Origin: Eledone cirrhosa
Lineage: Eukaryota
Direction: 5' to 3'
Length of the DNA: 64,000 nucleotides
NCBI GenBank assembly: GCA_964016885.1
Contig: OZ024747.1
Location: 12,648,001 to 12,712,000, forward strand
Both the position numbers and the translations under genes were made by a program. Within the stretch, counting starts at the first letter, position 1. Each line of letters starts with the position of its first letter. Under the pieces are notes generated by a model. It was not told where the DNA came from, searched no databases, and worked only from the letters and a program-made list of their open reading frames with translations. Of the stretch, positions 40,754-53,694 are shown piece after piece.

Positions 40754-42275
40754 TAAGTACCACTAGGATATATGTATAAATACTTTACCTACCAGCTGTC
40801 AACCATGATGTGTTTAACAAATCCAGCAACAGATATTTTTTTTTGCAGTTTCCAAGACAACATCTTTAATCAATATATTCCAGTTTTATGTCAACTGGTG
40901 TAGCTGAATTTTCAATTTAGACATAGCAGCATTCCTCGTTAAACATTTTCATTTTTTAATTAGACCCTATATCAAAATTCTTTATTAAATGTATTTACCA
41001 CCCTAATTAGCCTCTAACCATATTCTTTGCAAGAGATTAACATTAGCGAGGAACTTTTCTAGAACAATCATCTTTGGAAATGTGCTTGATGCGTTTAATT
41101 CCAAGAAAGTAATGTGATTTAGAGCAACTTTTTTGGAAGTGATTTGCTGGTAGAAAGATTAGGCAGCGAGTATTATTACTGTTTGGTCAGGACCCATTTC
41201 AGTACCTCCAAGACCTGTAGGAGGAACAGGGGTATCCTTGAACTGGAAACCTGATCCTAAAACTTATAACAGAGTAGATTCCACTAAAGACACTCAAGGA
41301 CCAGGTGGTGGTGTTAAACCAAACAACAGATTAAATTGCCCCCTAAGGGCTAAGTGGTTATTTTAGAGAGATTAAGTCTTCCACCTAAGCAGACCACAAA
41401 GGGATTTTAACTCAAAATTCAAACATCCAGAACAATTACTGTAAGGCATCTCATCCAACACACTAAAAACTTCACCAATCCCACACCTCAGACTGGTATA
41501 TATTTTATTCACCCTGGAGTCATGGTAAATTGCTCCCAATACACACTATAAAGTGGTTGGCATTAGGAACAGCATTATGCCATAGAAACAAAGCAAAAAC
41601 AGAGTGTATGAGATTACTGGTCTAGCCTCAGTACATGACAACCTGTCTAACACATGCAAGCATGGAAAATAGACGTTAAACTGGGTGAAAAGCAAAGGTG
41701 ATTTCAGTGAGCTTTGAATTCAGAGTACAAAGTGCCATGACAAACACTGTAAAGCCCTTGGTCCTTTAATCTAACAACTCTCCCAATTTGTCACCTTATA
41801 CCAGGTACATGTATGTTTTGATTTCCATACCTATACAATAACTTCAGTTCATCAGGCTGGGTTTGAGGGTCTTAATGGATGAATTAAACCTTTGCTCTGA
41901 AATCCATATGATTAAAGTATTAAGTTTTTAATTTAATCAGCATTTCTTTATGTACTACGCACTGTAAAGCGGTTGATGATAGGAAGGGTATCCAGCCATA
42001 GAAATTTTGCCAAACAAAGAGTTGGGAGGACCCTCAGTTGTGTCAAAGGCATGATAACCTCTCCTGAGCACTTGATGGAATGTGAGACTATACATAAGTG
42101 CACAGGTCCCTGGCCTGCCTGGGAGATCAGTGGCTGTGCCTCAGTAGTGACTTGGTCTATATCCAACCCTTGCTAGCAAGCATCTTGATTTTATTGTTCT
42201 GTAATAAGCTCAATGGAAGTAAAGTAAGATTCGGAAAAAACTCATTCTAGAGCTCACTTATGCAATATATATATA

Positions 42276-42612
42276 TCATCATTCATCATCATCATTTCCT
42301 TTTACGTCCGCTTTTTCCCTGCTTGCAAGGGTGGGACGGGAACTGATTCTGGCTTGATTTCTACAGCTGGATGCCCTTCCTAACACCAACCTCATTTACA
42401 GTGAGTGCTGGGTGCTTTTTTGCCGTGGCACCTCCACGTCCACTTTGCAGTGGAATGATATGGACCCCAGTCCCTATCATCTCATTTCTACAGCTGAGTA
42501 AACTGGAGCAATGTGAAATAAAGTGTCTTGCTCAAGGAAACAACACATCGCCTGGTCTGAGAATTGAACTCACAATCTTTTGATTGCAAGGCCAATGCTC
42601 TAAGCCATGTGC

Positions 42613-42615
<3 letters not shown>
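42276..42615 (-). mobile_element. SINE family C copy
   Basis: Reverse complement of 44641-44982 with few differences. Confidence 0.85.
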
Positions 42616-42667
<52 letters not shown>

Positions 42668-43204
42668 ATAGTGAAATCTTATGGTTTCTACTGATCTGTG
42701 TGAAGTCAGAAACTGTAAAAGCTCACAATCGAATATTTTCTTTTTCTTCATAAATATGCCAACTCAATTTCCCATTATGCATTGAGGACTACATTGATTA
42801 GTGATCTTGCTAGGCTTACCACCATAGACACTCCCTATATATGTGTGTGTGTGTGTGTATATATAAGCTGAATTATGTGGTGCAGTTGCTCATGTGCAAG
42901 TTTCTGCACCACATGCACATTAACAAATATAGATTTTTTTTTTTTTGATTTTTTTTTTTTTTTTAATATGACTTAGATCTTGTCATTTATCACTTCTACT
43001 AGTAAACTGTGCATCAAAATTCATTGATTTTGCTTCTTGGTGTGTGATCATAACTGTTAGTCTGCACCCTTTCATTTTCAGTCTGATAAGCAGTTCTGTT
43101 CTTTTGAGATAGCTAGGTAAAATATTGTCTATCACTACACTACAATATAGTAAGCAAATTCATATCCATTTCAGATTCTCTCTCTCACTATTTATATATA
43201 TATA

Positions 43205-43586
43205 TCATCATCATCATCATCATCATCACCGTTTTACGTCTGTTCTTCCACACTAGCATGGGTTAGACGGGTTGTCCTGTTGTGGAGCAGTGTCTGGTCG
43301 GCTGACCATGCCTTGCTCATACAGGAACTGATTCTGGCTTGATTTCTACAGCTGGATGCCCTTCCTAACACCAACCTCATTTACAGTGAGTGCTGGGTGC
43401 TTTTTCGTGGCGCCTACACGTCCACTTTACAGTGTGGGCCGGGTGCTTTTTTGCCGTGGCACCTCCACGACCACCTTGCGGTGGGGGCATATTGTCTATA
43501 TGCTTCAGCTTGTACCCATGGGAGGTCGGGTACTCTGTATTACTGCGTGACGCCAGAGGTCACGGTCGTGTATCATTGCCTTTATA
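43205..43586 (-). mobile_element. 5'-truncated RTE LINE (family RTE-A)
   Basis: Near-identical to 1011-1370. (CAT)n tail on the + strand. The ORF-track peptide ends ...HDRDLWRHAVIQSTRPPMGTS. Confidence 0.75.
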
Positions 43587-43619
43587 TGTATGTATACATA
43601 TGTGTGTGTGTATAAATGC

Positions 43620-43755
43620 GGATAGAACCAGTTTGAAACTAGTTGGACCATTACTGAACAGAGTACTTGATACTTGGGGTTATAGAATATATTGTAAAGA
43701 GTTGGGACTCGATGGCTGGGCTCTTGCTGTTTCAACAGCTAGTCCTTGACTAGCT
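43620..43755 (-). mobile_element. Diverged copy of the 811-1005 element family, without the fold-back arm
   Basis: ggaccattactgaacagagtacttgatac...gtttcaacagctagtcc aligns to the reverse complement of 868-985. Confidence 0.6.
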
Positions 43756-43767
43756 ATATATATATAT

Positions 43768-44186
43768 TTATTTATTAAAATAACAGATTAAAGTTTAAGC
43801 AAAGAATCGCTGCTTTCACCCTTAACGGGATCTTCTGAAACTAAAAAGTCAATCTGTGAACACAGAAGTAAATATTTCAAAAAACGTTGCAACCGGAAGA
43901 AGACAGGAAGACGATACTTTGGTTCGTGGAAACGTTCCCTGGCAAAGAACAGAAAAAAAAACGAAGATAATATGTCATTATTTGGAGCAGTGAGAACAAT
44001 AACACGCAAAGACAAAACCACATTTATGGTATAAATGAAGTCGTAGACTAATATTCTATTAGGTGGTTCATGGAGACGTTCTCTGGCAATGAACAGAAAA
44101 AACGAAGATAATACGTCATTATGTGGAGCCATTACAGTTATCGAGCCCTCTTTGGATTTTAGTCTTCAAATTTATTATTATTACTA
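43768..44186 (-). mobile_element. TA-flanked element with internal direct repeat (about 43918-43990 and 44065-44130); Penelope-like remnant
   Basis: Both ends recur at 52343-52458. Minus strand has cagaaga-tccc-gttaa-gggt-gaaa followed by aataaa. Confidence 0.45.
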
Positions 44187-44196
44187 TATATATATA

Positions 44197-44580
44197 GAGA
44201 GAAATGAGGCAAGCATGCTCCGTTGGATGTGCAGTGTAAATGTGCGTGAACGACCCAGCATGAATGTGTTGAGAGAGAAACTGTGTCTGAGAGGGTTAGA
44301 ATGTAGTGTACGGGAGAGGAGACTGAGGTGGTGTGGACAAGTGATGCGCATGGAGGATGACCGATGGGTGAAGAAGTGCCAGGAAATGCCAGTTGAAGGA
44401 AGACGTGGTAGAGGTAGACCACGAAAAACATGGGCGGAGGTGGTGAGAACAGACCTCAGATCGTTGAAGCTCACGGTGGAGATGACGAAGGACCGTGACG
44501 AGTGGAGAGATGCTATGCTGAATAAGACCCGTCCCACCCTTGCGAGCAGGGAAGAGCGGACGTAAAATGATGATGATGAT
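44197..44580 (+). mobile_element. 5'-truncated RTE LINE (family RTE-B) with intact ORF C-terminus
   Basis: MLRWMC...RRLRWCGQVMRMEDDRWVKK...GRRGRGRPRKTW...DRDEWR. Ends acgtaaaatgatgatgatgat. Confidence 0.9.
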
Positions 44581-44640
44581 ACCTGGGTGAACCTACAGTA
44601 ACTTCACATTATACTCCCTGGATATATATATTTATATATG

Positions 44641-44982
44641 GAGGCACATGGCTTAGTGGTTAGAGCATTGGCCTTGCAATCGAAAGGTTGTGAGTTCAAT
44701 CCTCAGACCAGGTGATGTGTTGTTTCCTTGAGCAAGACACTTTATTTCACATTGCTCCAGTTTACTCAGCTGTAGAAATGAGATGATAGGGACTGGGGTC
44801 CCTATCATTCCACTGCAAAGTGGTCGTGAAGGCGCCACGGAAAAAAAGCACCCAGCACTCACTGTAAATGAGGTTGGTGTTAGGAAGGGCATCCAGCTGT
44901 AGAAATCAAGCCAGAATCAGTTCCCGTCCCACCCTTGCAAGCAGGGAAAAGTGAACGTAAAATGAAATGAAATGAAATGATG
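44641..44982 (+). mobile_element. tRNA-derived CORE-type SINE (family C), full length
   Basis: A box tggcttagtgg and B box gagttcaatcc. CORE-like tccttgagcaagacacttta...actcagctgtagaaatgag. RTE-derived 3' end. Confidence 0.85.
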
Positions 44983-45588
44983 CCTCCTCCAACTGTTAAA
45001 AGGGAATCTCTTAACTTGAGGAACAAACACATCAAGAAAAGATGTTAAGACAAAATAACTTCTTAAACAATATTTTGACAATATTCTGTACCAAGTGTGA
45101 AATATCTCTCACTGTTGGTATTTCTGAATTTGTCATAAATGGAATGTTTAAAAATGGAAAGCCTATAAAATGTTACTAATATTTTGACTTAGTACTCCAA
45201 GAAATTGTTGCAATATTGATCTTGCACCCTATGCAGTGGTATGTTGTGTTGGAAGATGGAAGTATTTTCTATTAGGGAACTCTTTCATATTGAAAACTGT
45301 GTATCAGCCATTACAGTTAATTTCTTCAAAGTTTGTTGAAGTCTTCAAGCATGCTTCTTGGTTGAATTCCTGGTTGGTCATTATATTATAATATGGTTTC
45401 AAAATCCTGCACATGCCTGCCAAAGTCATCAGTCCTGTCGATGACCCCAGCAGACTAAGAGATATGATTCATATTAGTTTGATACACTGTTCTTTACATA
45501 GACATAGAAATTGTGTGATTTAGCAGTTTTAATTGAAAGGCAGGATAATTGAAACATTTATCTCTTTTGTTTAAAAGTTCACATTATG

Positions 45589-45771
45589 TTAACCATTTAG
45601 CATTTAAACCAGCCATATCTGACCAGAATTCTCTCACCTCTTTCTCTTCAAACCAGCCATAACAGGCCACTCATACTGACATTAACGTATTGTTCTCAAA
45701 ATAAATATTGTAGATTCCATATTATGTGAGATAAAGCATGAAAGGGTGATAGTAATGTGATTGCTAAAGGG
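45589..45771 (-). mobile_element. piggyBac-type MITE family 1, reverse, internally deleted
   Basis: ttaaccatttagcatttaaaccagcc ... tgctaaaggg. A (GT)n run interrupts the right TTAA. Confidence 0.75.
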
Positions 45772-45871
45772 TGTGTGTGTTAATGCTTCCATCTGTGTCT
45801 GTGTGTTTGTTATAGTCCAAGAGCAATTTTTATGTTCTATAAATTGTAACATTTGAATTTTCTCATTGCAG

Positions 45872-45980
45872 TTTTGAAGAAATATATAAATTTCAAAAAC
45901 AGATCTTAAGAGTAAAAGACCGAGATGAGTTTCCCATGATTTTAGTTGCAAATAAGGCAGATTTAGAAGATAACAGATCG
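45872..45980 (+). CDS. RRAS2: R-Ras2-like exon 4 (G4): (S)[36 protein letters not shown]
   Basis: tctcattgcag acceptor and tcg|gtaagt donor. 109 nt. NKAD motif. [12 protein letters not shown] is characteristic of R-Ras proteins. Confidence 0.96.
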
Positions 45981-46684
45981 GTAAGTTATAAAACCATTCA
46001 GTAACCTCATATTGGTTCATCTTGAAAGCTTGCGAAGCAAAGCAGTCAACAAAAAATAAAGTGCTCAAAAGTTCCTTTTTCATCATCAAATAAAGTGAAA
46101 TCATCTAGATCAGTTTCACTTCTATGTTGTGAGTGAATGCTCTCTTTAACCCTTTAGTTATCAACCTGGCCAAAACCGGTTCTGGTTCTATGAAATAAAG
46201 CCACCCATTTTAAAGGTTTCTTATCTAAATTAAAATCTTCCAACATAATTTTATATAAGAACCTTACATTAAGTTATTATCTTAGTAATGAAATAATTAA
46301 TAATTTTAGTAAATCCCTCAAAATTCTTCATTAATTAATTAAAATAGCTTATTTCATTAGAAATGCAGTCATGAAAGGATTGACTGTTATTGGAGACCCT
46401 ACTTATAAACTCACTAATTACTAAGGGCTTCACTAAATTGAATAGACTGATTTGCATATATAATTCTTTCTACGTTAGGCACAAGGCCAGCAATTACCCA
46501 GTGTATTACTGGTACTTTATTTTATCGACCCCGTAAGGATGAAAGGCAAAGTTAAGCTCGGTGAGATTTGCATATATAATGTGTTCTCAGCAGCTTAATT
46601 AAGGAATTACAAATTTAAAAAAATTTAAAAAAACAAACAGTATTGGTTAACATCTTCCTCCTTTCTTTCACGCTTTCAATTTTT

Positions 46685-46707
46685 CTTTCTCTCTCTCTAC
46701 CTATCTG

Positions 46708-46761
<54 letters not shown>

Positions 46762-47220
46762 TCTCTCTACCTATCTCTCCCTCTCTCTCTACCTATCTCT
46801 CTCTCTCTCTCTCTACCTATCTCTCGTTCTCTCTCTACCTATCTCTCTTTCTCTCTCTACCTATCTCTCTTTCTCTCTCTACCTATCTCTCTTTCTCTCT
46901 CTACCTATCTCTCTTTCTCTCTCTACCTTTCTCTTTTTCTCTCTACCTTTCTCTTTCTCTCTCTACCTTTCTCTTTCTCTTTCTCTCTACCTATCTCTTT
47001 CTCTTTCTCTCTACCTATCTCTTTCTCTTTCTCTCTACCTATCTCTTTCTCTTTACCTATCTTTCTCTTTCTCTCTACCTATCTCTTTCTCTCTCTCTCT
47101 ACCTATCTCTTTCTCTCTCTCTCTCTACCTATCTTTCTCTCTCTCTCTACCTACCTCTACCTCTCTCTCTCTCTACCTACCTCTACCTCTCTCTCTCTCT
47201 ACCTATATCTTTCTCTTTCC
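46685..47220. repeat. (CT)n-rich polypyrimidine repeat
   Basis: Seen directly. Confidence 0.95.
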
Positions 47221-47609
47221 TCTTTTTTTTTACTTTCTCATCTCTCCTCTGCTTCATATTGTCTTCTCTTTCTCCTCCTCTCACTACCACCACTGAAACT
47301 GTTGCTATTAATAACCAAACTCCATGTAGCACCACCACCACCAGCAGCAGTGTCTAAAACCTCTAACCTTTGCTTAGATAGTTCTGCTGTGCAGGCAACA
47401 CTATAAACATCTTAATGAAATATCCCGTTTTTGTTTACAAAATGTCTAGACAGAATCTATCTTGGCATCATTTTCTGTGTGTGTGTGTGTGTGTGTATTT
47501 CCGTGTGTGTGTGTATTTCTGTGATGTTGATTATTTCTTAATGGACCGATTACCTTGTACCTACATGCTTGAAATAAATAAATAAATAAGTGCTAATTAT
47601 TCTTCTAAG

Positions 47610-47908
47610 TGGGTGGTGATGATGGTGGTTGTGGTGGTAGTGATGATGGTGGTTGTGGTGGTAGTGATGATGGTGGTTGTGGTGGTAGTGATGATGGTGG
47701 TTGTGGTGGTAGTGATGATGGTGGTTATGGTGGTAGTGATGATGGTGGTGGTGGTAGTGATGATGGTGGTGGTGGTGGTAGTGATGGTGGTGGTGGTAGT
47801 GATGGTGGTAGTGATGATGGTGGTGGTTATGGTAGTGATGATGGTGGTGGTGGTGGTGGTAGTGATGATGGTGGTGGTGGTGATGGTAGTGGTGGTAGTG
47901 ATGGTGGT
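47610..47908. repeat. (GGT/GAT/AGT)n triplet repeat with a 24-bp higher-order unit at its left end
   Basis: gatgatggtggttgtggtggtagt repeated four to five times. Confidence 0.93.
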
Positions 47909-48239
47909 TAGAGGTATAGGCTGTGGTGGTGGTTGTATGGTTAGAAGGGGTGGGTTCTGGGGTAGAGGTGTTGGCAGTGGTGGTGGGTTGTTCAGTTAGA
48001 GGTGACTCCATTTCAAAGTTCGGACTCATTACCAATAGGAAATTAAATTGTTGGAGCAATGGTTGGAGGAAGAATTTGAAGAAGTTTTCTACTCCAAATG
48101 ACTCAACAGATACATGATGTTAACATTTCTTATATGGGAACAAATAGTTAGCTAACCATCTTATAGTAGCCTTCCTGTCTCTCCTTTAGACCCTGTTTCT
48201 AGTTTTAATCACATTGACTCTTAACATCTTGGAATGGTT

Positions 48240-48978
48240 TAATAATAATAATAATGAAATTGTGTACAGTGCTCAGGTGCACTACAACTCATCAAAGGTG
48301 CATGTATAGTACATAGAATAATGTACAAATGTCAGGAAAATGAACAGTGCACGAGTCATGAAATATATGTGTGCGTGTGTATGGAGTGGGGATATCAGGT
48401 GTAGTGTTGGCGAATCTCAGGTCAGGAAGCATGGAGGTTTTAAAGGATGCAGTGTCTCAACAGCTAATAACTGATGCAGGTAGTTTGTTCCATGCTTCAG
48501 CAACTCTTAGCGTGAATAAAAAAAAAGTTTCCGAAAGTCATGGGAGCTGTGTTCTTTTCTGAGTTGGTAAGCATGTGTTAGACACATGGAAATCAAAAAG
48601 GTGCTCAGGGTTGTTGTTGGCGATATGGTTAATAACTTTGTGGGTGTTTACCAAGTCCATTGCCAGACGTCGGAGCTTCAATGAATCGATGCCCAGGGAA
48701 GCAAGGCGTTCAGAGTATGGTAGATGCCTGATGGAGGGTATTCGCTTGGTTACAAGTCTCTGAACAGTTTCCAGGCGGTCAATGTTCTGAGCAAGGCTGG
48801 TGATGCAAATTCTAAGTCTGGCCGCACCATAGCTATATACAGCTTTAAATAGATAGCTGGAGAGCGACTGACAAAGGTCTTGCTGAGTGATGCTAAGACA
48901 ACCTCGGTCTTCTTGACAATTTTAGAGACGTGCTTCGTCCAACGCAAATCACTGCTGACAGTAATGCCCAGGTCACGT
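48240..48978 (-). mobile_element. CR1/L2-group LINE 3' fragment with (ATT)n tail
   Basis: RDLGITVSSDLRWTKHV...LKLYIAMVRPDLEFASP, typical of the CR1-group post-RT region. Tail appears as (aat)n at 48240-48255. Confidence 0.8.
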
Positions 48979-49759
48979 TAGCATAAAACACCTAAAAACA
49001 TAATATTTACTTATGTATTGATCAAATGTTTATAGTATCTTTACTAGTGAACAGATTGTGAACATTTGCAGTATACTAAAGACTTTAATTTTTAATATGA
49101 TGAAGTCATATTGGTGTTTTGTATTTTCAAGAATGTCTTGCTAATGTGGTTTCATGTGGAACAGGATGTTGAGAGTTAATAATAATAATTATTATTATTA
49201 TTTCTAAATTAGGCACATATGCAGAAATTTGGAGACATGAGTTAGTTGATTAAAACAACCATGGTCCTATTGTAATATATTTTTTTTTCAATCCTGAATA
49301 GATGACTGGTAAATTAACCTCATTGGTAACTGAATGCCACAAAGAATTGTCTGATGCTCTAATGTTCCTACTAATTCTCATTTAGGGACATGGGGAGCAG
49401 TCAGTTATAATGGTTTCTTATAGAGGCACAAGGCCAACAATTTTGGAGGAGGGGGAAGTCGATTAAATCGACACCAGTGTGTGACTGGTACTTTGTTTTA
49501 TCGACCCCCGTAAGGATGAAAGGCAAAGTTAACCTCGGTGGGATGTGAACTCAGAATGGCAAGGACTGTAACTCTGTGTATAAGCATGGCGTCCGACCCT
49601 CTACCGATACTGCCAATCCACCGCCATAGCTAAATAATGTAAGACATTTTGTTCACAGCCCCTCAGTTAATTTGGCGTCACATTATATTTATATAATATT
49701 TACTTATGTTATTTATTTATTTTTATGTAAGATTTGTTGTTTTTTTCCCCCAAATTTAG

Positions 49760-49878
49760 GTTACTAAAGATGAAGGCTTGGAACTCGCCAGGCAGCTGAA
49801 AGTTAGCTATACAGAAGCAAGTGCCAAAAACAGAATGAATGTTGACCAAGCATTTTATGATTTGGTCAGAATTATCAG
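49760..49878 (+). CDS. RRAS2: R-Ras2-like exon 5 (G5): [39 protein letters not shown](R)
   Basis: tttag acceptor and ag|gtaatt donor. 119 nt. EASAK motif. Phase 0 join to exon 4. Confidence 0.95.
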
Positions 49879-50868
49879 GTAATTTTACTTTTCTTTTTTT
49901 TCTTTTTTTTTACTTGACAAGTATTTTCTGGAACCCCCCCCCCCCTCCTCCTCCTTTTTTTTTTTTTTTTTGTAAATCTTTGTACATGTTAAGTAAACTT
50001 TGTTTCTTTGACGGAACAATATTGCAATGTGCTTGTACGGATGATCTGCTCTGAAGTAATATTATAAATGGACTGGAGCTGTGATTTGGAAATTTGGTCA
50101 CTATTTCTAGCAGGTTGAAGGACCACATTAAGCCTTCTTTGTTGGTTCAGAACTAAAGAAGTGTTATGAGTTTTTGTTAACTAGATATTATAAGTAAACA
50201 ATATTTTCTAAGTCTGTTTATCATCATCATCATCAATTAATGTCTATCTTCCACGCTAGCATGGGTTAGACGGGACCCATTTAGAAGCATTTGTAGGAGT
50301 CTCTGATTCAATACTCTTGATGAGTGGTGTCCCTGTAAAATATTTGTCAGAATTATAAAATATAAACTCACTGATAGCAATACTAATATAACTGGTCCAC
50401 CTCCCCATTTCCTATTAAAGTATTCATGGGAAGCAGTAGGTAGTATATTTAGCTAGACTTGGCAAGAAAGTATGAAAAAATGTTAGAATGATGTTTGTGT
50501 GATTAAGTTTTTGGACTGTTGGTCTTTAGTTCATAGTATGGATCTATCTTAGCTTCAGGCATTTAGTTTCATTATTATTTCAAATAGTTTAATGTGATAT
50601 GCCTGACAGATGAGGATAGTGTGTTTCTAGTGAAATATTTTGATTGGACTAGATTGACATATTTCAAGTAATTGGACTTCCCTCATAGTTTCTATTTACC
50701 TCTAAAGAGTTTATGCACGGGATAAAGTTAGCAATTGTAACAAGAATCTACCATTTACCAGTTTATTGGGTACCTGAACAGATCCTCCAATTGTGTCTCA
50801 TTCTAATCTTAATATGTAAAGTACATTGCTAAATGGCTTTTCTTTTTAATTACATTGCAACACTTTCC

Positions 50869-51097
50869 TTAACCCTTTAGCATTTACATTACTCTATATT
50901 TACTACTATATTTTCACGGTAAAGGCTTTACGTCGCATAATTATCTCACATAATATCAAAGCTATGAGATTTTGATGTTAGTCATTTTGAGAACAATACC
51001 TTAACATTGGTATGAGCGGCTGATTACAGCCGGTTTGAACAGAAAGCGGTGAGAGAATTCTGGCTGGATATGGCTGGTTTAAATGCTAAAGGGTTAA
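50869..51097 (+). mobile_element. piggyBac-type MITE family 1
   Basis: Perfect TTAA plus 14-bp TIR at both ends. Confidence 0.88.
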
Positions 51098-51310
51098 GAC
51101 AAAACCCACTAATTGCATCTAATCCTTCCAATGTAGGAGACAAATTGGCAGTCATTAGAATGTTGGACAGAATGCCTTGTGGTGTTCGTTTTGGCTGTCT
51201 ATTCTCTCAGTTCAAATCCTGCCGAGGTCAACTTTGCCTTTCATCTATTCCAGATCAATAAAAAAGTACCAGTTAAATATTGAGGTTGATTTTTTTCCTC
51301 TTTATCTCTT

Positions 51311-51467
51311 TCTCACATCCATTCTCTCACTCTCTATCTCACTTCCATTCTCTCACTCTCTATCTCACATCCATTCTCTCACTCTCTATCTCACTTCCAT
51401 TCTCTCACTCTCTATCTCACTTCCATTCTCTCACTCTCTATCTCACTTCCATTCTCTCACTCTCTAT
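51311..51467. repeat. 26-bp minisatellite tctcacttccattctctcactctcta, about six copies
   Basis: Seen directly. Confidence 0.9.
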
Positions 51468-52001
51468 CCTTCTCTGGAAGAAATCTGTTGTATTCAGACC
51501 TAGAGAGCATTGGGCACCGCCAAGTTTAAAGAATGCCCTAAAAACATTGTAATGTCAATGTGGCACCCCTATTTCTCAGGAGTTACAGGACTATGCCATG
51601 CCTTTGTAGAAATATACCATTCCTTTTTCACAACTGCGTGACTGATATCCTTGTGGGGTTAAATAGTGATCAAGAATTGTTTGATGTAACTACTGAGGAT
51701 CATACACTGGTTTAGAATTATATGAGAACAACTTCCACTCTCCAGCATTCTATCTTTACTGTGATGGTCTATTCATTCTACAAAGTTGTATAAATGGTTA
51801 TACCATGGATGCTTTTAGAAAGGAATTCATTAACATATTCTAAGTGTTAGATTTAAAAATCACAGAAGATACAAATATAAACATAGTTATTTTCTGAGAT
51901 CTAACTAACTTTGAGTACTAGTAAATACTGCTCTTACAGTAACCTGATGAAATTTGCATTTTATTAATATAGATTTTAACCTTCTAATAATCCTTTTAAA
52001 A

Positions 52002-52230
52002 TTAAACTCTTAACACCCTGTACCATCTGAAACTGATTTAGCAAGAGATTCTTGAAAATACAAAATAGCACTATGATTGCATCATATTGTGAATATCAAA
52101 ATCGTTATTATAATGCTGCAAATGTTCACAACAATCTGTCCACTAGTAAATATACTATAAACATTTGAATTCACAAACCTATTTTTAAACATTATCTGTT
52201 AAATCATTTTAGAGGTTGTTGACATTAATA
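52002..52230 (+). mobile_element. TTAA-bounded MITE family 3; other copies at about 9130-9369(+) and 48985-49179(-)
   Basis: Shared gaaaatacaaaa...tgcaaatgttcacaa..atctgtccactagtaaa. Terminal ttttcaagaatgtc.tgctaat...gttaa seen in the other copies. Confidence 0.6.
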
Positions 52231-52552
52231 AGTTCATGTCCAGCTTAGCCTCTGATGAGGAATCCTTTAACAATGCTTCTCATTGTTACAATGCCATATA
52301 AAAAGCCAGTGACTTCAAAGATAGACTACATTATATATATAGATAGTAAAAATAATAAATGTGAAGACTAAAATCTAAAGAGGGCTCAATAAGGATAAAT
52401 ATATATAAAAAACATAGAGCAAATATTTATTAAAATAACAGATTAAAGTTTAAGCAAACATATATATATCATCATCATCATCATTTTACGTCCGCTTTTC
52501 CCTGCTTGCAAGGGTTGGACGGGTCCTATTCAGCACAGCATCTCTCCACATA

Positions 52553-52604
<52 letters not shown>

Positions 52605-53476
52605 GAGAGAGAAAGAGACACCGATATTCATAGAAACAAAAATAGAAAACAAAAAGTGGTACAATCATATCTATAGCTTAAATGTTCATCCCAGTGTTGC
52701 TAGGATTTTCCTAAACTTCATAATCATTTTCCCCATAGACAAGAGATAAGGATGAAAGGCAAAGTTAGATAATTGTTTCTACTTTAGGCACAAGGCCAGC
52801 AATTACCCAGTGCATTACTGGTACTTTATTTTATCGACCCCGTAAGGATGAAAGGTAAAGTCAACCTCGGCGGGATTTACCACAATAAGACCTTTAATAA
52901 TAATAGGTTAATGCACAATGTTTAATTTTCATTCTATAATTACAACCAACAAATAATTCATATTGTATACATTTCTGACTGTTCTGTTTTGGGCACACTC
53001 TGCTGTGAGTTACAGCAGCACCACCAAAAGCTTTGCCGTTCTTATGGCTGGTATAGGTAGTGAATTGGTAGGGTTGTTAGAACGTCGGATAGAATGCTTT
53101 ATGGTATGCCTTCCGGCTCTTTGTTCTCTGAATTCAAATTCCGCCGAGATCAACTTTGCCTTTCATTCTTTCGAGGTCGATAAAGTATCACTACATATTG
53201 GGGTTGATTCATCTTCTATATCTCTTTCTCTCTGTGTCTCAGAATTGTCTCCCTGTAAAATTATAAGTATATCTGTTATGCTGGTCTTTTTTCTTTCACT
53301 TTGGATTTCCTAGATGTTTGAAAATAAAAGATGTGAAAATATATATTTTTTTAAATTTTAGATTAACAAATTTCACTTAAATAAATTAATATATAGCATT
53401 TTTTAAATTAATCAATTAACAAAAATGGAAGAGGGAGAGAGTGGTCTCTTCCTCTTTTATTAATTTCTTTTCTTCT

Positions 53477-53646
53477 TTAACCCTTTAGCATTTACATTAC
53501 TCTATATATACTATGAGATTTTGATATTATTTATTTTGAGAACAATACTTTAACATAAGTATGAGTGGCCTGTTACAGCCAGTTTGAGCAGAAAGAGGTG
53601 AAAGAATTTTAGCTAGATACAGCCAGTTTAAATGCTAAAGGGTTAA
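53477..53646 (+). mobile_element. piggyBac-type MITE family 1, internally deleted, 48 nt upstream of the last exon
   Basis: TTAA-flanked TIRs. About 60 bp missing at a ctat microhomology. Confidence 0.85.
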
Positions 53647-53694
53647 TAGAAGCACTTCTATTTATTTGTCTATTTTCTTTCATCTGTTTTGTAG

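Noticed and set aside
41300-41320. ggtggtggtgtt as the missing P-loop exon
   Set aside because: It lies downstream of exon 3 and does not continue as GKS.
44089-44565. 158-aa ORF as a host gene
   Set aside because: It is the C-terminus of an RTE LINE ORF fused by chance to upstream repeat sequence.
44641-44715. tRNA gene
   Set aside because: A and B boxes are present, but it is a SINE head continuing into CORE and RTE sequence in three copies. The same applies to SINE B heads.
47550-48059. His-rich 169-aa ORF
   Set aside because: Reverse reading of a GGT/GAT triplet repeat inside intron 4.
52252-52300. CTGATGA hammerhead core
   Set aside because: No properly placed stem II/GAAA or stem I. 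The same holds for CTGATGA at about 7727, 38123 and 51944.
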